Source: Octopus sinensis (taxonomy: Eukaryota). From it: a stretch of DNA of 64,000 bases. The stretch is taken from the NCBI RefSeq assembly GCF_006345805.1, contig NW_021834249.1:1-64000 (forward strand), given 5' to 3'. The stretch's first letter is position 1. Each line of letters opens with the position of its first letter. A model generated the notes under the pieces. It saw only the letters and a list, made by a program, of their open reading frames with translations, was not told the DNA's origin and did no database searches. Position numbers and translations under genes: made by a program. Below are positions 54,395-64,000 of this stretch, in pieces.

Positions 54395-54633
54395 CCGAGA
54401 TCAAAGCCACAATATCCTTCATGTTTCAGCCATTTGACTGCGACCATGCTGGAGCATCACCTTGAAGGGTTTTGTCATGACAAATTGACCCCAGCACTTA
54501 TTTTTAAGCCCAATATTTATTCTATCAGTCTCTTCTGCCAAACTGCTAAGTTACAGGAACATAAACACACCAAGCAGTGATGAGGGGATAAACACAGACA
54601 CAAAGACACACACTCATAGATACACACACGCAA

Positions 54634-54666
<33 letters not shown>

Positions 54667-54810
54667 CAACAGGCTTCTTTCAGTTTCCATCTGTGAAATC
54701 CACTCACAAGATTGTGGTTGGCCGGAGGCTATAATAGAAGAAACTTGCCCAAGTTGCCACACAGTAGGATTGAACCTGGAACCATGCGGTTGAGGGGCAA
54801 GCTTCTTACC
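54395..54810 (-). mobile_element. Family C SINE
   Basis: Reverse complement of the family C consensus. Confidence 0.8.
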
Positions 54811-54957
54811 TTACATTTGTATACATATTCAAGTGTACCTGTCTCTATTTATGTAGGAATTTTTTTTTTTTTTTAAGTATAAGAGTTTCACAATTTCTTT
54901 AAAAAAAATAAAAGAACTCTATGTCTTTCTTTATTTTCTTTATTTCTGTTCCGTTAC

Positions 54958-54975
54958 CATATTTCTGCCATTTGT
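54958..54975 (-). CDS. Candidate 18-nt micro-exon
   Basis: ttattttcaactttgacag|ACAAATGGCAGAAATATG|gtaacg. Confidence 0.22.
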
Positions 54976-55261
54976 CTGTCAAAGTTGAAAAATAACAGCA
55001 ATCACGTGACACTAACATAAAAAAAATTTTCTAAAAAAGATGAAAAGTGGCACTGTTACCGTTTCTTGGGTGTGCGATGATATTTTATTCTTGAATACAT
55101 ACACATATACATGCATGCATGCATACATATATATACATACATAAATACATACATATAAAACACACACATACATACACACATTTTTTTTCTTTATCTTTTT
55201 TTTTTGGCATTTTAAGGAAATGCAACTTGCAAAAATAAAAATGATGATGATGATAATGATG

Positions 55262-55292
<31 letters not shown>

Positions 55293-55395
55293 TGATGATG
55301 ATGACATTCATGATGATGTTAAATGTAATATTTCTGCATATACAGAAGGAATCAGACAAAATCTGGAAATATATTTGTATATGTATGTGTGTGTG

Positions 55396-55461
<66 letters not shown>

Positions 55462-55754
55462 AAAATAATATATTTAGTGATATCTATCAGTCTATCAATC
55501 TATATATGTATGTATGTAAAATGTATAGTATTAATGTGTATATAAGTGTGTGTGTTTGAAATGGATACACCATACACCTGTATATCAGAAGAGGTGACAA
55601 AAGGTGATGGCATCAGAAAGAGCATATGGCTATTGGAGACGTCATTAAAAATTCTAGCAGGATGCCATCACAAAAAAGGTGATAATGATGTTGATATTAT
55701 ACATATATTTATGTAGACGTGTGTGTGTGTGTATATATATATGTACAGACACAC

Positions 55755-56115
55755 ATCATCATCATCATCATCGTTTAATGTCCGCTTTCCATGCTAGCAT
55801 GGGTTGGACGATTTTGACTGAGGGCTGGCAAACCAGATGGCTGCACCTGGCTCCAATCTTGATCTGGCAGAATTTCTACAGCTGGATGCCCTTCCTAACA
55901 CCAACCACTTCGAGAGTGTAGTGGGTGCTTTTTACGTGTCACCGGCACGGGGGCCAGTCAGGCAGTACTGGCAATGACCTCGCTCAAATCTTTTTACACG
56001 TGCCACCGGCACAGGTGCCAGTGAAGCGACGTTGGTAATGATCACGCTCGAATGGTGAGCGACGTTGGTAACGATCATGCTCGAATGGTGAACGACGTTG
56101 GTAACGATCACGCTA
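55755..56115 (-). mobile_element. Family B element with local tandem triplication
   Basis: GACGTTGGTAA(C/T)GATCA(C/T)GCT repeated 3 times. Confidence 0.85.
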
Positions 56116-56167
56116 TGCATATGGACAAGGGCAGCTGTGTAATCTCTAACTGTATTTTTTGATGATG

Positions 56168-56226
<59 letters not shown>

Positions 56227-56384
56227 TTAGCCAAAACTCATGTCGGATCAGAGGAAATGTTAACAATGACAAATAGTAAAAAAAATGAAAATAATAATAT
56301 CAGTGATGATAATAATAATGACAAGAAGTGGTTGGAATCTCCCCATGTCCTGATTGCTGATACATCTAGTGATGGTGTCACGAT

Positions 56385-56790
56385 AAAAACACTAGTAATT
56401 GCACAACCTGATAATCATTACTTCATATGAGTGACAATGAAAAAACAATATATTGTGAATAACGGTGGTAATGAAACTGAAGACAATGATGGTGACAGTG
56501 TTGCACCTGGCAAGCTCAGCGATAAGTGTCCAGCTCCAGCTCCAGCCTGTCGTTATCCAGGAAGGGACCAGCACACACGGTGTAGATGGAACAAACAAGT
56601 CAAGGCTGTGGTCATGAGCAATCCATAAGGATAGGGCACTTGCAGAGAACAGCACTGCATGGAACTGCTTGGATATTCTGGATGGTGCTTGAAAAGTAAG
56701 GAGTGTTACCTTAGTTCACTGATAGTGAACAGCTGACACCGTAGTACATCTCTGGCGTTAGAAGCTGTGCAAAGACAATAAAATAATAAT
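56385..56790 (+). mobile_element. Internally deleted R4/Dong-like element (ORF start joined to ORF end)
   Basis: TRCRWNKQVKAVVM then IRIGHLQRTALHGTAWIFWMVLEK*, UTR and (TAA)n tail. Confidence 0.6.
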
Positions 56791-56793
56791 AAC

Positions 56794-56849
<56 letters not shown>

Positions 56850-56850
<1 letters not shown>

Positions 56851-57129
56851 CCCAAGGAAACCCAAAAATGGCAAAAATTCAAAAGATAGTGCTCATGGGA
56901 ACTGCTCATATCCTACGCAAAATACTTTCTATGTAATCTCAAGGTTTAAAACATAATTTTCGTGGGTTTTTTATTTTTTTAGACATTCACTAGTACATCA
57001 CCAAAACAAAACAAATATATGGCACACTAGGCATAACAACAACATGAACTTCCAACCCTGTTGTCTCTTGAGGTCTCTGGGTGAGACTTGGAGCCAACTT
57101 GTACAAATATAAAGCAAAAGTCAAACATA

Positions 57130-57130
<1 letters not shown>
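56850..57130 (+). mobile_element. R4/Dong-like 3' end (second family)
   Basis: PKMAKIQKIVLMGTAHILRKILSM*, UTR and (TAA)n tail. Confidence 0.8.
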
Positions 57131-57199
<69 letters not shown>

Positions 57200-57203
<4 letters not shown>

Positions 57204-57975
57204 TGGAAGTAGGCTCAATGGAAAAAACAAGACAATGAGCACATGGACTGTTTCCTTAATGTGATAGGATGCTGGTGTTGTTAAGTGGATAAAGAAGAAG
57301 CTTGAGAAAATGGACAGGAAACCAGAAAAGCGATGTCAATTAACAAGGAACTACACGCAAAAAGCGACATTGACTGGCTGTACGTGCCTAGGGATAAGGA
57401 AGGAAGAGGCCTCATGGAACGCAAGATCTGTGTTGTCAACAAGAAGAACAGTCTTGGATGGTGCATCAAGCAGCAGAGTGAAGCCTTGCTTACCATTGTT
57501 AGACTTAACAATGCAATACCTACCGAAAATGTGAAACATTTAAGAAACAAGATGAAGAAGAAAGAATAAACAATTGGAAAGTGAAACCACTGCATGAGCA
57601 ATACCTCAGAGAAATCAAAGGAAAAGACAAGACCACCACTTGGAGATGGCTAAGAAAAAGTGATCTGAGATATTGAGATACATATTTCTTTACTACCCAC
57701 AAGGGGCTAAACACAGAGAGGACAAACAAGGACAGACAAATGGATTAAGTCGATTATATCGACCCCAGTGCGTAACTGGTACTTATTTAATCGACCCCGA
57801 AAGGATGAAAGGCAAAGTCGACCTCGGTGGAATTTGAACCCAGAACGTAACGGCAGGCGAAATACCGCTAAGCATTTCACCCGGCGTGCTAACGGTTCTG
57901 CCAGCTCGCCGCCTGAGGTATTGAGATACGGTGTCCAGAAACAAGCTCTGAGAACATCAAGTTACATGACACCTT
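57200..57975 (+). mobile_element. R4/Dong-like RT C-terminal fragment interrupted by a SINE
   Basis: SRLNGKNK...KELHAKSDIDWLYVPRDKEGRGL...PLHEQYLREI...WRWLRKSDL|...QKQALRT. Confidence 0.85.
57682..57913 (-). mobile_element. SINE family A copy nested in the R4 fragment
   Basis: 16-bp TSD TGAG(A/G)TATTGAGATAC at 57666-57681 and 57914-57929. Confidence 0.92.
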
Positions 57976-58004
57976 GGTTTTAGGATCTCAATTCTGTTGT
58001 GGTT

Positions 58005-58435
58005 GGTGGGTCTTCTCAAGTACAGCAATGTACCACATATCTCAATCCTCTCTCATTTCTTTCATAAGGTTCAGGGTTTTGAAATCAGCCTTCAATATTT
58101 CATCCCATGCCTTCCAGCGTCTCCCTCTTCCACAACTTTCCTCCACCTTAAGTGATTGGTACTTCCTCTTTATACAACTGTCCCCGTCCATCCGCATCAC
58201 ATGACCAAACCAGCATAGCCTCCTCTCTAGCATGCTGTATTTAATTCCTCTGATACCCAATTTCTTTCTCGATTCACCAATGCCCTGTGCCACATGCACA
58301 TTGATATTACACACCTATTGGAGCATACCAACTTCATTCCTCTCTGACCCTCACGTGTCCTTTGCATTTAGGGACCACATCCCACTGCTGTGCAGCATTG
58401 CAATTCGTACACATGCATCATACAATCTTCCGTTC
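58005..58435 (-). mobile_element. RTE-clade LINE 3' fragment
   Basis: ERRLCWFGHVMRMDGDSCIK...CGRGRRWKAWDEILKADFKTL. Confidence 0.88.
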
Positions 58436-58894
58436 ACTCAGAGAAGCACAAGGTTGAAATTTTTTTGTGGGGGACTAGTCGATTGTTTTCACCCCAGTGC
58501 TCAACTGGTCCTTATTTCATCAACCCTGAAAGGATAAAAAGGCAAAGTTGACCTCAGTGTAATTTGAACTCAGAACATACAGACAGTTGAAATGCTGCCA
58601 AGCGTTTTTGTCCAGCAAGCTAACAATTCTACCAGCTTGCTGTCTTAATAATAAAACTAAAAATAGTAATTATTTGCAATAACAGTTACAATAATGGAAA
58701 TAACGATAGGAACAATAATAATAATAATAATAATAATTAATTCCTTTTATTGGCCACAAGGACTGACACACGTGATTAGAAAACATAAAGGGACAAAACA
58801 GGACGAAAGGTTACAAAGGGTTTTGTCCGTTTGTGAAAAAAAATCGTGTAAAAACAGTGTAACAATCAAATAATATAACAACGAAAAACTCCCA

Positions 58895-58966
<72 letters not shown>

Positions 58967-59447
58967 TAATATTGTTTGTTTGAGCAAGATTTTGTTTATT
59001 TATTTATTTTTTCTTAAAATCTGATTCTAAAAACAGTAAAGGATGAGAGATGAGATGGAACGGAATGGTGTGAGGTGTGTGAAGAATGAAATATTTTCAT
59101 TAAAATGTTATAATAGAATGTTTATGGTTCTTAAATATAACATGATGTCCAACTGACCAATAGAAGAACAACAACAATGACAACAACGACAACAACAGTA
59201 ACAACGTTATTATCGTCTGTCGGTCAATCAGTCCAGACATAACGTTTGTTTGTTCTGATTTTACTTTCGTTTGAGTGGAAGTTTAAAAGACGGGGATACA
59301 ATGAGCAGGGATTAAGGCCCTCTTTGTTTTTGAAGTAATGTCTTGTACTGATTGAGTGCTGTACACTTCTGTACTGGAATGAACTCTGTCATAATATAGT
59401 GTACTCTGTTGTCCTGTACTTTATATATATATATATGCAAATATATA

Positions 59448-59628
59448 GGCGCAGGAGTGGCTGTGTGGTAAGTAGCTTGCTAACCAACCACATGGTTCCG
59501 GGTTCAGTCCCACTGCGTGGAATCTTGGGCAAGTGTCTTCTGTTATAGCCCCGGGCCGACCAAAGCCTTGTGAGTGGATTTGGTAGACGGAAACTGAAAG
59601 AAGCCTGTCGTATATATGTATATATATA

Positions 59629-59697
<69 letters not shown>

Positions 59698-59901
59698 TTG
59701 TGTGTCTGTGTTTGTCACCCTAGCATTGCTTGACAACCGAAGCTGGTGTGTTTACGTCCCCGTCACTTAGCGGTTCGGCAAAGAGACCGATAGAATAAGT
59801 ACTGGGCTCATAAAGAATAAGTCCTGGGGTTGATTTGCTCGACTAAACGTGGTGCTCCAGCATGGCTGCAGTCAAAATGACTGAAACAAGTAAAAGAGTA
59901 A
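59448..59901 (+). mobile_element. Family C tRNA-derived SINE, full length with internal (TA)n
   Basis: GGCGCAGGAGTGGCTGTGTGGTAAG...GGTTCAGTCC (A/B boxes)...CTGAAACAAGTAAAAGAGTAAA. Confidence 0.92.
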
Positions 59902-60061
59902 ATGTGTGTGTGTGTGTGTGTGGTGTGTGTGTGTGTGGTACAAAATTTGAAAAGAAAGAGCATGAAGTTGAGGTAAAAAGCAAACGATGTATTAGGCTGA
60001 TGCTCAGGAAAATTGGAAGAAGTTTCTAATGTTTTGAGAATATGCTTTTCAAAGGAAAGGA

Positions 60062-60101
60062 TAGGGTTAGGGTTAGGGTCAGGGTTAAGGAAAGGTTAGG
60101 G
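60062..60101 (+). repeat. Short interstitial (TTAGGG)-like tract
   Basis: TAGGG TTAGGG TTAGGG TCAGGG TTAAGG AAAGG TTAGGG. Confidence 0.7.
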
Positions 60102-60367
60102 AAAAAAACAAAGAGCAAAGAACAAATGTGTCTCAATTAGAAGAGGGTCACTGCATGCTGAAATGACCAGAACAGGAAGTTTGGTTGAGGCATGGAGGGC
60201 AAGGAAAACAACAGGGACGTATGTGGGTGAGTGTGCAAGCATATTCTTTTATTCCTTTACTAGTTTCAGTCATTTGACTGTGGCCATGCTGGAGCACTGC
60301 CTTAATTTACATTTGCACACACACACACTCACACACAAACACATATACATGTGTACGTATCTGTGTA

Positions 60368-60546
60368 TCATCATCATCATCATCATCATCCTTTAACGTC
60401 TGCTTTCCATGCTAGCATGGGTTGGACGGTTCAACTGGGGTCTGGGAAGCCCAAAGGCTACACCAGGCTCCAATCTGATCTGGCAGTGTTTCTACAGCTG
60501 GATGCTCTTCCTAACGCCAACCACTCCGTGAGTGTAGTGGGTGCTT
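60368..60546 (-). mobile_element. Family B element (truncated)
   Basis: Consensus match. Confidence 0.8.
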
Positions 60547-61167
60547 TATCCCATAAATAATGTGGGTTTTTTATACTTCTTTTATTTGTCAAAATTAAGA
60601 TAAAGTTCTTTTTTAATCTAAAATATACTCCCCTTCATTTTCTACAATGCTCTTCCATCTATCTGATAAACTTGCTAAGCACCTTTTCCAAAATTCATTT
60701 GTCCATGGCAAAAAAATACTCTTCTAGTACTGTTCTGACCTCATCTACAGAATTCATATTTTCTCCATCCAAATGGTTTTGAAGACTGCAGAATAAATGA
60801 TAATTAGATGGGGCCATGTAGTTTCTGGCTCAGAATTTCTGGAACCACCATTGACACTGGCTGACGCTTATTGTCTTAACCCCCATATACTGCATTAATA
60901 TTCCTCACACTTTCCATTGCATTGTTGCCTTTACTGAACTTATAAATCAAAATATGCCGAATATACTCCTTTGTCACTTCCATTATAGCTTTGGAAAAAA
61001 TAACTGTTAAAATCTAACTGCACTCTTCAAAACTTGCACTAAGAATAAGCTCAAAGTAAAATTACTACCTGCTTTTATAGACAGTTGATGCAGGTAGTTT
61101 AACCCATCTCCCTCTGACTTTTATTTCATGCAATTGAAAATACTGCATTATCTATGGGATGTCCCAA
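60546..61167 (-). mobile_element. Internally deleted mariner (DD34D-type) element
   Basis: TIR-like ATCCCATAAATAATG versus CATTATCTATGGGAT followed by TA; C-terminal WTNEFWKRCLASLSDRWKSIVENEG; decayed N-terminal HTH region. Confidence 0.8.
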
Positions 61168-61169
61168 TA

Positions 61170-61179
61170 TATCTATCTG

Positions 61180-61235
<56 letters not shown>

Positions 61236-61243
61236 CCTATCTG

Positions 61244-61296
<53 letters not shown>

Positions 61297-61471
61297 TTGT
61301 CTGTCTATCTGTCTATCTATCTATTTGTCTATCTATCTATCTATCTATTTATCTATCTTTCCCTATCTGTCTATCTATCTATCTATCTCTCTATCTACCT
61401 AGCTATCTATCTTTCCCTATCTGTCTATCTATCTATTTGTCTATCTATCTATCTGTCTATCTATCTACTTG

Positions 61472-61533
<62 letters not shown>

Positions 61534-61534
61534 C

Positions 61535-61575
<41 letters not shown>

Positions 61576-61584
61576 CCTATCTGT

Positions 61585-61636
<52 letters not shown>

Positions 61637-61665
61637 TTATCTATCTCTGTCTATTTATCTCTATC
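61170..61665. repeat. (CTAT)n microsatellite with CTTTCCCTAT interruptions
   Basis: Direct reading. Confidence 0.95.
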
Positions 61666-62091
61666 TATATTGGGACATAACAAACCAATGCTGGTTGTCA
61701 AGTGGTGGTGGTGGTGGGGGATAAACACACACACACATATACATTTGCACACACACACACACACACACACACACGTTAATATCTAGATATTATGCCAGAT
61801 GTCCTTCAGTTTCTGTCAACCAAATCCACTGACAAAGCTTTGGTCAGCCAAGACTTGAGTAGAAGATATTTGCCTAAATGTGTCTCACAGTAGGACTGAA
61901 CCTGGAACCATGTGGTTGGGAAACAAACTTCTTACCACACATCCATACCTACAGGCTTCTTTCAGTTTCCATCTACTGAAGAGAATTATGAGTTTTCAGT
62001 TGGTTTAAGGTTGTACATGCCCAAGGTTCCACACAGAGGGACTGAACTGAAAACCACATGATTAGTAAATGAACTTGTTTACAAGTTTATA

Positions 62092-62256
62092 GGCGCAGGA
62101 GTGGCTGTGTGGTAAGTAGCTTGTTTACCAACCACATGGTTCCGGGTTCAGTCCCACTGCGTGGCACCTTGGGCAAGTGTCTTCTACTATAGCCTTGGGC
62201 CGACCAAAGCCTTGTGAGTGGATTTGGTAGATGGAAACTGAAAGAAGCCTGTCGTA

Positions 62257-62317
<61 letters not shown>

Positions 62318-62532
62318 TTGTGTGTCTGTGTTTGTCCCCCTAGCATTGCTTGACAACCGATGCTGGTGTGTTTACGTCCCCGTCACTTAGCGGTTCGGCA
62401 AAAGAGACCGATAGAATAAGTACTGGGCTTACAAAAAAGAATAAGTCCCGGGGTCGAGTTGCTCGATTAAAGGGCGGTGCTCCAGCATGGCCGCAGTCAA
62501 ATGACTGAAACAAGTAAAAGAGTAAAGAGAGT
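62092..62532 (+). mobile_element. Family C SINE, full length
   Basis: Near-identical to 59448-59901. Confidence 0.92.
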
Positions 62533-62613
62533 AACTCAGCCATACCTATGCCTAGACACAGAAATTTTTTTAAACTGTTATAAATGCTTTTAAAAATATA
62601 TTATCTACCTTAC

Positions 62614-62628
62614 CTCAGTAGTACCCAT
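62614..62628 (-). CDS. Candidate first coding segment (MGTTE) of an unidentified gene
   Basis: ATG GGT ACT ACT GAG|gtaagg strong donor in unique sequence; unverified. Confidence 0.25.
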
Positions 62629-63309
62629 AATACCAAAGTGGATGTTGAAACAAGCAAGCAATTAATCAAGCAAACAAACAGGGCTTTAATAGAGGCACTT
62701 AAATATTTGCTGGTTGGACATGTGAAATCGTGGGTGACAATGACGTGAGAAATGAACAGCTAATTAATTGATTGACTGATTACTAATCAGCTCACTCGTT
62801 AGAATTCTAATCAAGCCAATTATAATTAGTATCATAAAGTTAATGTGCAATAAAACGAAAGGACAATTAACAATGAGAACCCTATTTTGTTTCGACAATA
62901 ACAATAGGTGAGAAAACAAACAGATACAGGTGAAAGGAAGGTTGTGGGGGGAGGTGGGGGAGACCTGAATTAATGTTTTATATTTGCTAGCTTTTGATCC
63001 TTTGTGTTCTGAGTTCAAACACTGCTGTGGAACACAATTACCTTCCATCTCTTAATTAAATTTTAATTATATACAGTTAATGATTTCAATTAACTGGACA
63101 CCTTTGTATGTTGTTGTTTAGCCCCCTGGTCAGTTGTGATCAGGCAGTTCCATGATCGAAGACATAGCAGTCATGAGCTCCACATGTTTTATTCAGACAC
63201 AGTATATCTAGGACTATATGATTCAATGTCATCATCATCATCATGATCATCATCATAACTCTCATCATCAATGTTGTCATCATCATCATTATTGTCATCA
63301 TCATTCTGT

Positions 63310-63608
63310 GCCAGTGGCACGTAAAAATCACCATCCGAACGTGGCCGATGACAGCACCACCTTGACTGGCTTCTATGCCAGTGGTACGTAAAAAGCAACA
63401 ACCGATCATGCCCGCTGCCAGCCTCCCCTGGCACGTAAAAAGCACCCACTACACTCACGGAGTGGTTGGCTTTAGGAAGGGCATCCAACTGTAGAAACAC
63501 TGCCAGATCAAACTGGAGCCTGGTGCAGCCTCCTGGCTTCCCAGACTCTGGTCGAACCGTCCAACCTGTGCTAGCACGGAAAATGGACGTTAAACGATGA
63601 TGATGATG
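63310..63608 (+). mobile_element. Family B element (plus orientation)
   Basis: Ends GGACGTTAAACGATGATGATGAT. Confidence 0.85.
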
Positions 63609-64000
63609 TTCCATGCTGGCATGGGTTGTGTGGTTTGACAGGGTCAGATAAGCGGCCCAAGTACTGCATCATGTGTCACTGTCACGTTGTCATGGTGTTT
63701 ACAGCCAGATCTCCTTCCTATTTTACTGTGTGTAACGAGTGCTTTTTTTTTATGCCACCAGTTCCAGAGAGATTACCATGCAACTTGCAAGACCATGACC
63801 CCTGAGAGAGGTGGCTTTATGCTTAGAGATAAGGGGCTGAAAATATGAGAATAGGGGTCAGAGCAAAACAGAGTTCTTGCTGTAGAGAGGTTACAAGGTT
63901 ACTAACATCTTAGAAGGAGGTGTGGGAGTGATTGGTGTGAGACTGGGAAGAGATAAAAATAACGGAAATTCAGTGTTTGGGTGGATGCCTCAAGGAACAT

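Noticed and set aside
29870-62532. tRNA genes
   Set aside because: tRNA-like A/B boxes are SINE heads without a full cloverleaf

Overview
Eukaryotic, AT-rich, repeat-saturated DNA. The SINE families and microsatellite density point to a coleoid cephalopod, most likely Octopus (from recognition, not a database search). No complete, recognisable protein-coding gene is present, and almost all ORF-track entries are microsatellite artefacts. The window holds at least five SINE families (several with clear TSDs), fragments of CR1/L2-like, RTE and R4/Dong-type non-LTR retrotransposons, two decayed mariner elements, two piggyBac-type MITEs, a hAT MITE, and many micro- and minisatellites. The most interesting signal is a set of at least six type-I hammerhead-ribozyme-like motifs in Penelope-like/retrozyme-like relics; four of them lie in a 2-kb hotspot (47.6-49.7 kb) together with two long near-perfect palindromes. 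A chain of short minus-strand candidate exons with good splice signals and compatible phases suggests the window may be mostly intronic to an unrecognised gene. This is inference and needs RNA-seq. Coordinates were read by eye; fragment ends are approximate, and irregular microsatellites suggest long-read indel noise.
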